Positions 1 to 8,138 of a stretch of 64,000 nucleotides of DNA are shown piece by piece. Under the pieces are notes generated by a model that worked only from the letters and a program-made list of their open reading frames with translations, was not told the DNA's origin and did not search any database. The stretch is from Patescibacteria group bacterium. GTDB lineage: Bacteria > Patescibacteriota > Patescibacteriia > UBA1558 > GWA2-36-10. How positions within the stretch are numbered: the stretch's first letter is position 1; each line of letters starts with the position of its first letter. Position numbers and translations under genes: made by a program. The stretch lies in assembly GCA_028718865.1 (NCBI GenBank), contig JAQUKX010000002.1, positions 8,047 through 72,046 on the forward strand, written 5' to 3'.

Positions 1-1
1 T

Positions 2-838
2 GATCTTGAGCAGTCCAAAAATCTGGAAATATATACTTTGGATAAAGCCTACGAAATCTTAAGCTGGACTGCCGATAACCAAAAAATACTCCTCAAAGAT
101 GAGCTGTCTTATTACATCTTTGACATCAACCAAAGAAATCTTTATCCACTCAGCCTGCCTCTGGCGGAAAAGGTAATTTGGGAAAACAACGACCGGCTGA
201 TTTATCTCAACCAAGGCCAACTGTTAAGGCACGAGGTGAGCGCCAGCCGCAATACCACTACCGATGCCCTGCTAAGCGAATACCTAATAAATGACTTTGA
301 TCTCAAAGAAAACTTTTTGCTCGTCCATCACCGCCTAGAGCAAGATAATCCCATCAAGCTGTTTGATAAAAACTCACTGGAAATAATCCAGGATATCAGC
401 GATGTCAGCTTAGGAAATCTGGAAATACTTCTAGCCAAACCCGATCAGCTGATTTTTAGCGCCGGTGCCAAGCTCTATATCAAAACAAAAAACAAAGACC
501 TGATAACCATACCGATGACTATTGCCCGTTTGCACGGCGACTTCCTGCTGATGTCCAATGGCTACGAAATCATACTCTATAACCACAAAGAAGACTGGCA
601 AGAATTGATTGATCGCTCCAGCCAGATAATCTCCGAATTGATGTGGCATCCCAATGGTAGTTATTTTATCTATGAAAGCAGCGGTCAGACCTATGTCAGC
701 GAGCTAGACAGCCGCGACCGCCGTAATATCATCAAAATCATAGACGATCCCCGCAAAAAAAATTATTTATTCAACCGGCGCGGCGACAAACTTTTTGTCC
801 TTAGTCCAGAAGAAAATTTTTATTTGACTATTCAATAA
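2..838 (+). CDS. hypothetical protein, possibly 5'-partial (frame is open to the window start; first possible start is TTG at 38)
   Basis: ORF track 38..838. In-frame codons run back to nt 2 without a stop. No family recognised. Hairpin plus T-tract directly downstream. Confidence 0.5.
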   Translation, partial: DLEQSKNLEIYTLDKAYEILSWTADNQKILLKDELSYYIFDINQRNLYPLSLPLAEKVIWENNDRLIYLNQGQLLRHEVSASRNTTTDALLSEYLINDFDLKENFLLVHHRLEQDNPIKLFDKNSLEIIQDISDVSLGNLEILLAKPDQLIFSAGAKLYIKTKNKDLITIPMTIARLHGDFLLMSNGYEIILYNHKEDWQELIDRSSQIISELMWHPNGSYFIYESSGQTYVSELDSRDRRNIIKIIDDPRKKNYLFNRRGDKLFVLSPEENFYLTIQ

Positions 839-843
839 AAAAT

Positions 844-880
844 AAAGAGAGTGAATTTTAGAAAAACTCTCTTTTTTATT
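844..880 (+). terminator. intrinsic terminator after the first ORF
   Basis: Stem aaagagag...ctctcttt followed by tttttatttg. Confidence 0.6.
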
Positions 881-922
881 TGTATATAAAATAAAGAGGA
901 GCGAAACATTGTCCGCTCCTCT
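880..922 (-). terminator. intrinsic terminator for the minus-strand 143-aa gene
   Basis: Stem gaggagcg...cgctcctc lies 3' of the stop at 941. On the minus strand it is followed by TTTATTTTAT. Confidence 0.55.
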
Positions 923-940
923 AAGATCAGACTTCATCCC

Positions 941-1372
941 CTAGCTGAGCTCTTGCTCAGCCCAATAGAACAGGTGAAGCTGACAGTCGAAATCCGGCCC
1001 GGTGTGATGCCAGATTGCTGCCAGCGTCTTGCAGTCGTTATGGCCAAGGCCATTTCTGGTCATGAAATCATCCGCTTGGTCAACAACATGTCTCAGCGCT
1101 TTTTCACTGTGCTGATCGTTGGCAACGATGACGCAGCAGAACCAGCGCTTGCCCGTCACCGACTGACCCCGTCTGGCATCGGCGACAATGACCGCATCCA
1201 TCTTGGCATAGTTGATGGTGCGGAAATAAGGAGCCGTATAAAGACTCCAAGCATCGGCGGAACCGATGCCATTGCTATTGAGACAGCAAAGAATCTGTTC
1301 CGTCAATTTATGAAGCGCTTGATAGATTTTTTTACCATCTCCAGTGAGGCGTTGCTCAACTAGACTCATCAT
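941..1372 (-). CDS. hypothetical protein (143 aa), compositionally atypical (GC-rich) gene divergent from lexA
   Basis: AAGGAG sits 7 nt before the ATG. A consensus promoter lies upstream and a terminator downstream. GC is visibly higher than the flanks. An antisense ORF at 953..1363 is also open, as expected in GC-rich DNA. Confidence 0.6.
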   Translation of the reverse strand: MMSLVEQRLTGDGKKIYQALHKLTEQILCCLNSNGIGSADAWSLYTAPYFRTINYAKMDAVIVADARRGQSVTGKRWFCCVIVANDQHSEKALRHVVDQADDFMTRNGLGHNDCKTLAAIWHHTGPDFDCQLHLFYWAEQELS

Positions 1373-1429
1373 TGCGAGACTCCTTTTCTTGGGTTGTGGT
1401 TGACGCCTGCTAAAAAAGAACGATTGGCT

Positions 1430-1458
1430 AATATATAATAAATTTGATTTATTGTCAA
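1430..1458 (-). promoter_or_regulatory. sigma70-like promoter (TTGACA-17-TATATT) for the 941..1372 gene
   Basis: Read on the minus strand: TTGACAataaatcaaatttattaTATATT. Confidence 0.5.
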
Positions 1459-1696
1459 CGCTGTCTTTATAAAATAAAAGTTATCCGTACTATATAAACT
1501 CGCTTCACTCGTTTTACGGCACAGGCTGATGATATTTAGAGTAATTTATTTAATTTTTTGCTTATTCTTACTTATCCACTCTTCGACTTCACCCCTTCAG
1601 TCTCGAACTCATGGTCGAGAGATCAGGGCAGGCATATTTATTTTAGAGCTTTTATTGTGATCTTTATAGTAAAAAAGTTATCCACATCCACATTGC

Positions 1697-1725
1697 TTGA
1701 CTTTCGGTTTTTGTTCGGTTATGAT
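1697..1725 (+). promoter_or_regulatory. sigma70-like promoter (TTGACT-17-TATGAT) upstream of lexA
   Basis: Hexamers with 17-nt spacing about 30 nt upstream of the lexA ATG. TTATG-N7-CATAA inverted repeat overlaps the -10. Confidence 0.5.
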
Positions 1726-1753
1726 AAAAGCATAAGAAAAATAAAATAAATTT

Positions 1754-2353
1754 ATGCCTTATCTTACCAAAAGACAAAAACAAATACTGGACTTTATTAC
1801 CGAGTTTATCCAAAGCAACCAGTACGCCCCCAGCTATCGTGAAATTGCCGAATACTTCGGCCTCTCCTCTACTGCTACTATCCATGAACATGTCAAAGCC
1901 TTGGAGGACAAAGGCCTGCTAAGCTCTTCTCACAATACCGCCCGCTCTTTGGAAATCATCAATTATCGCTTTGGTCAAAGCATAGAACTACCTCTGGCCG
2001 GTATCATCACTGCCGGCGAACCCATTGAAGCTATCCAAGGTAACGAGACCATTTCCGTGCCCAAAGATCTGCTTAAAAATGAAAATAGCTATGTTCTCAA
2101 AGTACGCGGCGAGTCAATGATAGAAGAAGGAATCCTAGACGGAGATTATGTGGTGGTAGAGAGAAGCTTTTATCCTAAAAACGGAGATGTAGTAGTGGCT
2201 CTTCTGGACAATGAATACGCCACCCTAAAAAAATACTTCCGCGAGACCAGCCGGATTCGCCTCCAGCCAGCCAACAAAACGATGAAGCCAATTTATGCCA
2301 AAAACCCGGCTATCCAGGGCATAGTCCGGGCAATACTTAGAACTTTTTCTTAA
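1754..2353 (+). CDS. lexA: LexA repressor (S24 peptidase, Ser-Lys dyad)
   Basis: N-terminal wHTH (YREIAEYFGLSS), catalytic GESM and downstream Lys. Length 199 aa. Confidence 0.9.
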   Translation: MPYLTKRQKQILDFITEFIQSNQYAPSYREIAEYFGLSSTATIHEHVKALEDKGLLSSSHNTARSLEIINYRFGQSIELPLAGIITAGEPIEAIQGNETISVPKDLLKNENSYVLKVRGESMIEEGILDGDYVVVERSFYPKNGDVVVALLDNEYATLKKYFRETSRIRLQPANKTMKPIYAKNPAIQGIVRAILRTFS

Positions 2354-2648
2354 AAATATGTTCAAATTCAAAAGAAAAAATAAAATAAAGTACAGAAAGT
2401 TATTGGAGGAATATTTGATTGCCAAATACGCCAGAAAAATCAGCCGAGCAAAGTTTCCTACCATTAGCTACAGCAAAACTCAATTCAAGATGTTTTGATC
2501 CATCAACTAAAAGCCTGTGTATCCGGAGGGCTATCCAGTCCTCCGGATAAAATAAAAAATAAATTGATTATTCAAGCCATGTCCGCTTTTAGTGAGCTCT
2601 GTCCGCCTCTGGCGAAAATAATTCAGTTCAAAATAATCAATTAATACC

Positions 2649-2677
2649 TTGACAAATAGCTAATTTTTAGCTATTAT
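2649..2677 (+). promoter_or_regulatory. consensus sigma70 promoter (TTGACA-17-TATTAT) for rpmA, with an internal AATAGCT/AGCTATT inverted repeat in the spacer
   Basis: Read directly: ttgacaaatagctaatttttagctattat, about 75 nt upstream of rpmA. Confidence 0.6.
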
Positions 2678-2752
2678 TTAATCCGTTAAATGAAGCTATA
2701 TTTTATAGGCAAGTTTGACGATTTAAAATCATTACCTAAATAACCTTATACT

Positions 2753-3031
2753 ATGGCAACTAAGAAAGCAGGCGGCTCAACTAGTTTGGGACGTGATTCA
2801 ATCAGTAAGCGCTTAGGCGTAAAATTATTTGCTGGGCAAATAGCTCAAGCTGGCGCTATTTTGGTAAGACAAAGAGGTACAAAATTCAAAGCTGGCGTCA
2901 ATGTCAAAAAAGGGTCAGACGATACCTTATTTGCCAAAATTTCCGGTATTGTAAAATTCCGCCGATTGAAAAGAAAAAAATTTGACGGCTCTGTAAAAGA
3001 AACCAATTACATAGACGTTATCCCTCAATAA
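2753..3031 (+). CDS. rpmA: 50S ribosomal protein L27
   Basis: [16 protein letters not shown]...KRLGVK signature; 92 aa. Confidence 0.93.
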   Translation: MATKKAGGSTSLGRDSISKRLGVKLFAGQIAQAGAILVRQRGTKFKAGVNVKKGSDDTLFAKISGIVKFRRLKRKKFDGSVKETNYIDVIPQ

Positions 3032-3043
3032 TAAATAAATCCA

Positions 3044-3090
3044 GCCCAGCCCGCCACTGCATTTGCAGGGCGAGGCGGGCTGATTTTATT
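3044..3090. terminator. GC-rich hairpin between convergent rpmA and ftsX (bidirectional terminator)
   Basis: agcccgcc...ggcgggct stem with A-run before and T-run after. Confidence 0.55.
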
Positions 3091-3119
3091 TTAAGATTAT
3101 CCGGCCAAAAGCCGATTTT

Positions 3120-4037
3120 TTAAATGCGCAAATATCTTCGGATAGCCACCGAGGTGCTCAAAGTATTTATCAAGGCCAGAGCAATGAATTGATAAAAGAA
3201 AATCTCCAATAAATTACCGATAAAATAATTTCTTAGGTCAATGGCACTGTAATCCTGAAAATAATTATTCAAAACAGGCTGAAGCAAGCTGACAAGAGGA
3301 TAAACCGCCGCTGCCACCAGCAAAACAGCAGCTAAGGCATAAAAAACGCTTTCTAGCACAAAAGGCAGGCGGACAAAAGAATTGCCGGCGCCGACCAGCT
3401 TCATTATCATTATCTCGTCACGGCGAGTATAAATACTGATTCTGATAGTATTGAAAATAACTATCACTGATATAGCTATAAAAATCAAAGCCAAGTATAA
3501 GCTGTAGCGATTGACAAATTCAGCAATGCTATTTATCCGTTCTATGAATTCCTCGTGGCTGTCAAACTCGCTGACCTGCACCAAGCCGCTGTATTTTTCC
3601 TGATTTAGAAACTCCAAAATCTGGGGATACTGGCTCAAATCGTAAGCGCCAATAGCTAAAGAATAAGAAAAAGGATTCTCCTCTTCATCATAAATATCCA
3701 GCGCCCGGCTTATTTGGCTGTCTTGATTTCTCTGTCTGAATATTTCCAAATTTTCCTGAGGAGTAATAACTCTGACTGATTTGACCTCGGTCAGGCGCTC
3801 CAATTCTATCACCAACCCCTCCACCTCGTCACTGCCGGCATTAAATCTCAGCTCTACCAAAATATCAACTTTGTTCTTGACGCTGGCAATAGTGGCTTCT
3901 TTGACATAATCCATGGCCACCAAGATTGTCACTGACAAGACCGCCATTATCATCATAGTGATAGTGACGACAGACAGCCAAAAATTCCTAAACACTCCCT
4001 GCAAGGCGAATTTTATTATTCTAAAAAAACTGATCAT
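3120..4037 (-). CDS. ftsX: cell division permease FtsX
   Basis: FtsX-like 4-TM permease topology; immediately downstream of ftsE. Confidence 0.85.
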   Translation of the reverse strand: MISFFRIIKFALQGVFRNFWLSVVTITMMIMAVLSVTILVAMDYVKEATIASVKNKVDILVELRFNAGSDEVEGLVIELERLTEVKSVRVITPQENLEIFRQRNQDSQISRALDIYDEEENPFSYSLAIGAYDLSQYPQILEFLNQEKYSGLVQVSEFDSHEEFIERINSIAEFVNRYSLYLALIFIAISVIVIFNTIRISIYTRRDEIMIMKLVGAGNSFVRLPFVLESVFYALAAVLLVAAAVYPLVSLLQPVLNNYFQDYSAIDLRNYFIGNLLEIFFYQFIALALINTLSTSVAIRRYLRI

Positions 4038-4054
4038 ATTTTTGTTTTATAATT

Positions 4055-4738
4055 TTATAGCAAATATCGGCCTTCTTCCTGATCACTAATGATCTGGCCG
4101 CTGTCTAGAGTAATAACTCGGCTACGCAGGCTATTTACCACGTCTTTATTATGAGTGACCAAAACTACCGTGGTGCCCAAATTATTTATTTTTTTGAGCA
4201 AATCTATAATTTCTCTGGTATTGATGGAGTCCAAATTGCCAGTGGGCTCATCGGCTATCAACAGCTTAGGCTTGTGCACCAAGCTACGGGCAATAGCCAC
4301 TCTTTGCTTTTCTCCGCCGGAAAGTTGATGGCTGTAGCGATCTTCCTTACCTTTTAGGCCGACCAAAGAAATCATCTGCGGGACGGTCTTTTTTATTTCT
4401 TTATTAGAAAAGCCGCAAGTTTCCATGGCAAAAGCCACATTTTCAAAAACAGTCTTTTTAGGCAAGAGCTTAAAATCCTGAAAAATCACCCCCAGCTGGC
4501 GACGTAGAGTGGGAATTTCTCTGTCTTTGATGCCGGTAATATCCCAGCCACCGATAATTATTTGACCGGAGTCAGGCTTTTCCTCGGCTATAATCAGACG
4601 CACCAAAGTAGTTTTGCCCGAGCCGCTCTGACCGACTATAGAAACGAATTCTCCCGGCTTAATATGAGCATTGATATTTTTCAAAGCAGCCACTTTGCCG
4701 CTACTGTAAGATTTTGACAAATCAACTAGCTTAATCAT
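4055..4738 (-). CDS. ftsE: cell division ATP-binding protein FtsE (ABC ATPase)
   Basis: Walker A GQSGSGKTT, signature LSGGEKQRVAIAR, Walker B LLIADEPTGNLD. Confidence 0.9.
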   Translation of the reverse strand: MIKLVDLSKSYSSGKVAALKNINAHIKPGEFVSIVGQSGSGKTTLVRLIIAEEKPDSGQIIIGGWDITGIKDREIPTLRRQLGVIFQDFKLLPKKTVFENVAFAMETCGFSNKEIKKTVPQMISLVGLKGKEDRYSHQLSGGEKQRVAIARSLVHKPKLLIADEPTGNLDSINTREIIDLLKKINNLGTTVVLVTHNKDVVNSLRSRVITLDSGQIISDQEEGRYLL

Positions 4739-4747
4739 AATTTTTTA

Positions 4748-5650
4748 CTAATATATTCTTTGCAATTTAGCTTGATTTAAATAAGCTTCAAAAAAATCCT
4801 CTATGCCTTGGGCAGCGACAAAAAGACCTTTTACCCCCCAAAGCTTTTGCTCGCCCTCTTGCCGAACTGAATCTAAGTGCCAAATAATATAGCCAATGGG
4901 CAGCTGAACTACTTTGCTGAACTCACCGGGCTCCAGTTCTCGGATAGGTTCAAAAAAATCTACCAACTCACTATCTTCAATCCAACTTACTTCCTGGGCA
5001 TAAGGCAAGTCATCAGAATAAGAAAGAGCTACTTCGTCAAAATTCCTGCCTTCAGCCCCTTCCAAAAGAGTATAAGCCTCCTGAATCCTAGCTACTCCCC
5101 TAGTGTCACGATAATTTTCCAAAAGATACTGATGGACTTTCATCTCCAAAATAAAAGAATCAATTACCAGCTTCTTATACTGATCAAAGGAAACGCCGTA
5201 TTCTTTAATATCATTTTTGAGACTTTCCAAACCGCCGGCTGACTCAAAATAATCTTCTATGTCCTTTTGGGTAATGGCAATGTCATTGTCCTTTGATATT
5301 TTTCTTAGCCAGGCGTCTTTGCTGATTTTGTGCCAAAGCAAGTCATCCAGCTCTTGCCCTTTGGGCAGCTCATCAACAAAAATAGTTGGATCAGCCGCCT
5401 GTTTTTCCAATTGCTGACCGACAAACTGATCGATAAAAACCTTATTTTCTATATAATCCTTGATATAGAGATTTAATCTGTCATTTCCATTTTCCATATA
5501 TCCAGCCTTGAGGCGGTATATTTTGGCCAGAACCAAAGCCGCATTATCAGGCAGCTTGCGAGCATAAACCAACTTAACGGAAAGCCATTGGCTCAGAATA
5601 AAAGCCAAAAGTAGCAGCGTCCAAAAAATAATCTTTTTTTTATTTTTCAT
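4748..5650 (-). CDS. membrane-anchored PpiC/parvulin-type peptidyl-prolyl isomerase (SurA/PrsA-like)
   Basis: N-terminal TM. C-terminal parvulin-like pattern (GRNFDEVALSYSDD...GEFSKVVQLPIGYIIWHL). Confidence 0.6.
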   Translation of the reverse strand: MKNKKKIIFWTLLLLAFILSQWLSVKLVYARKLPDNAALVLAKIYRLKAGYMENGNDRLNLYIKDYIENKVFIDQFVGQQLEKQAADPTIFVDELPKGQELDDLLWHKISKDAWLRKISKDNDIAITQKDIEDYFESAGGLESLKNDIKEYGVSFDQYKKLVIDSFILEMKVHQYLLENYRDTRGVARIQEAYTLLEGAEGRNFDEVALSYSDDLPYAQEVSWIEDSELVDFFEPIRELEPGEFSKVVQLPIGYIIWHLDSVRQEGEQKLWGVKGLFVAAQGIEDFFEAYLNQAKLQRIY

Positions 5651-5652
5651 TA

Positions 5653-6057
5653 TTAATTAAAAAAATAATCAAACCATTTTGTAAAATTACTCCGCTGAAT
5701 TTCCGGCTCGGATAAGCGGCTGATTTCCTGGCCGCCGGTGAGAAAAACTTGTTTTTCTCCTGCTCGACCCAAATTGAGCTTGAGCCTAGCCTCTCTTTCT
5801 ATATAATCTTCGGTGTTAAGGTAAACAATAAGCTGCTCAATCTTGCGATTTTTATCCTCTAGGTCGCTCAACTTGTTCTCCAAGCTTCTTATTTCCTGAT
5901 TGATTTGATGGCGTAGCATCAACTCACGACTGACTTTGATAAAAGAAAAAATCAGCAAAAAAAACAAAAGAAGCGCCAAGATACTGGAATTCCATATCCG
6001 ACCACGCCAACTTGATGAACGGCCGGAAGGATTTTTTTTTAGATGCTTATGCCTCAT
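5653..6057 (-). CDS. ftsB: septum formation initiator (FtsB/DivIC family)
   Basis: Single TM, coiled coil, EDYIEREARLKLNLGRAGE motif. Confidence 0.65.
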   Translation of the reverse strand: MRHKHLKKNPSGRSSSWRGRIWNSSILALLLFFLLIFSFIKVSRELMLRHQINQEIRSLENKLSDLEDKNRKIEQLIVYLNTEDYIEREARLKLNLGRAGEKQVFLTGGQEISRLSEPEIQRSNFTKWFDYFFN

Positions 6058-6153
6058 AACCGCGATTTATTATACCACATAAGAAAAATTTTCCCAAATA
6101 TCTTTTGCCTTTCCAGACAAAAAGTATTATAATAAAGAAGTTAAAAAATAAAT

Positions 6154-7077
6154 ATGGCCATCAATAAAATAAAAACAAAAAAAATGGAGTGGCTCCATAT
6201 AGAAAAGCCTACCCAGGAGCAAATAGAAGCCTTAAAAAAAGAGTATGGCTTTCATCCTTTGGATCTGGAAGACTGTCTGATAAAAATCCAGCGGCCGCAA
6301 ATAAGCGAATATCCTAATTATATTTTTTTTATCCTGACTTTTCCTGTTTATAACCGTCAAACTCGAGAAATCCAATCCAGTGAAATTGATTTTTTTGTCA
6401 GCTCCAAATACCTGATAACTATCAGCGACGGACAGCTGTCAACTATCAGCCATTTTTTCAACGAAGTAAAAAATAACGATTACAGCCGAGAAAAATATAT
6501 GCTGAGCAGCCATCCGGTATTTTTACTCTATGAAATCCTCTATCGCTTGCAAAACTATACTATGCCCATGATAGACCATATTGTCCAAGAAATAGACGCT
6601 ATTGGCAAAAAAATATTTAAAGGCCAAGAAAAAAAGCTGGTCGGAGAAATACTGCACACCAAAAGAAATATAGTTGACTTCCGCCGCACTATGCAAGCCC
6701 ACAAAAACATCATCAAAAAACTGATGGCTACCAAAAACAAATTCTTCATGCCGGACAAAACCAATATTTATTTTTCTAATATTTTGGATAAAACCAAAGA
6801 CATCTGGGACAGTCTGGAAAATATCAAAGAAAACATCAACGCTCTACAAGAAACCAATGAATCACTCATTTCTTACAAGCTAAACGAGATAATGAAAACC
6901 CTGACTGTTATCTCTGTTATTATCATACCCGCTACTCTGGTGGCCTCTATTTTTGGCATGAATACCGAATATATGCCTATTATTGGAGAAAGGTATGACT
7001 TTTACTTTATTTTAGCAATTGTTTTTACGGTAATTTTTCTTTTCTTCAGTTATTTTCGGCGAAAAAAATGGCTCTAG
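6154..7077 (+). CDS. corA: CorA-family Mg2+/Co2+ transporter
   Basis: C-terminal 2 TM with GMN motif (FGMNTEYMP). Confidence 0.8.
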   Translation: MAINKIKTKKMEWLHIEKPTQEQIEALKKEYGFHPLDLEDCLIKIQRPQISEYPNYIFFILTFPVYNRQTREIQSSEIDFFVSSKYLITISDGQLSTISHFFNEVKNNDYSREKYMLSSHPVFLLYEILYRLQNYTMPMIDHIVQEIDAIGKKIFKGQEKKLVGEILHTKRNIVDFRRTMQAHKNIIKKLMATKNKFFMPDKTNIYFSNILDKTKDIWDSLENIKENINALQETNESLISYKLNEIMKTLTVISVIIIPATLVASIFGMNTEYMPIIGERYDFYFILAIVFTVIFLFFSYFRRKKWL

Positions 7078-7154
7078 CTTGAATAAAAATATTGTTTTTG
7101 CTATAAATACCAGCCCAGCCCTTCGCGAAGGGCTGGGCTAAATAAAATTATAAA

Positions 7155-8138
7155 ATGGAAAACTTTTGGCAAAAATTAAAAAAACCAATAATCACCACCA
7201 CGCCAATGGCAGGAATTACTGACAGTCCTTGGCGACAGATCTGCAAAATATGGGGAGCTGATGTAGTTCATACTGAGTTTGTATCAGTAGATGCTCTTTA
7301 TTATGATAGCGCCAAAAGCCTAAAAATGATTGATTATAAGCCAATTGAACAGCCGGTCGTAGCACAAATTTTTGGTAAACGAGCGGAGCTTTATCCCAAG
7401 GCTGCCAAAATAGTAGAACAACTTGGAATAGCTGGTATTGATATCAATTTTGGCTGTCCAGCCAAAAAAGTAGCTGGTCATGGTGGCGGTATTTGCCTAC
7501 TTAGAGATTTGGATAATGTCAAAAAAATAGTAGAAGCTACTATCAATTCTGTAAAAATTCCTCTATCGGTCAAAACTAGAATAAGCCTAAATACTGTCAA
7601 AGGTCAGCCAGAAAAAGGGCAAATAACTGTTTTGGATTTTATAGAAGCTATAAAGGACTATCCGATTTCCGCTATGATAGTCCATGGCCGTACTTATGAA
7701 ACTCCCTTTAGCGGTCCAGTTGACTTAGAAGCTTTAAAAAGCGCCCGAAATGAATTCAAAAAACACTGGCCTCAAGGAGTTTTTCTAATCAACGGCTCTT
7801 TTCAAACTGTGGAATCAATAATCGAGGATTTAAAATACACTCAAGCAGACGGCATTGCCCTATCACGCTCTCTTTATGGCCAACCTTGGCTTTTTAAGCA
7901 AATAAAAGATTATTTAAAAACCGGCTCCTATCAGGAAATAAGCAAAGAAGAAATTATTGATACTGCCATAAAGCATTCTCAATTACTTTGGGAATGCAAA
8001 GGAGAATCGGGTTTTAAAGAAATGAGAAAACATCTTTTATTTTATGTCAAAGGCCATCCCCAAGCTAGCGAACTAAGAAGGGAATTGGTAGCTGTAGAAA
8101 AACCAAAAGATGTTGAGAAAATAATGGAAAAAATTTAA
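7155..8138 (+). CDS. dus: tRNA-dihydrouridine synthase
   Basis: PMAGITD...FGCP...catalytic region typical of the Dus family. Confidence 0.85.
   Translation: MENFWQKLKKPIITTTPMAGITDSPWRQICKIWGADVVHTEFVSVDALYYDSAKSLKMIDYKPIEQPVVAQIFGKRAELYPKAAKIVEQLGIAGIDINFGCPAKKVAGHGGGICLLRDLDNVKKIVEATINSVKIPLSVKTRISLNTVKGQPEKGQITVLDFIEAIKDYPISAMIVHGRTYETPFSGPVDLEALKSARNEFKKHWPQGVFLINGSFQTVESIIEDLKYTQADGIALSRSLYGQPWLFKQIKDYLKTGSYQEISKEEIIDTAIKHSQLLWECKGESGFKEMRKHLLFYVKGHPQASELRRELVAVEKPKDVEKIMEKI

Noticed and set aside
431-649. Many short antisense or overlapping ORFs in the track (for example 431..649, 1558..1891, 4151..4357, 8646..8965, 16087..16437, 31850..34727, 46830..47906).
   Set aside because: They lie wholly inside well-supported longer genes on the opposite strand and have no motifs or expression signals.
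953-1363. Plus-strand 136-aa ORF antisense to the 941..1372 gene.
   Set aside because: The minus-strand ORF has an AAGGAG SD, a consensus promoter and its own terminator. Long antisense ORFs are expected in GC-rich DNA.
2511-2538. Hairpin atccggagg/cctccggat after lexA, and the CorA-downstream hairpin at about 7114-7137, as canonical intrinsic terminators.
   Set aside because: Both are followed by A-runs rather than U-tracts on the coding strand, so termination function is uncertain. Not listed as confident features.
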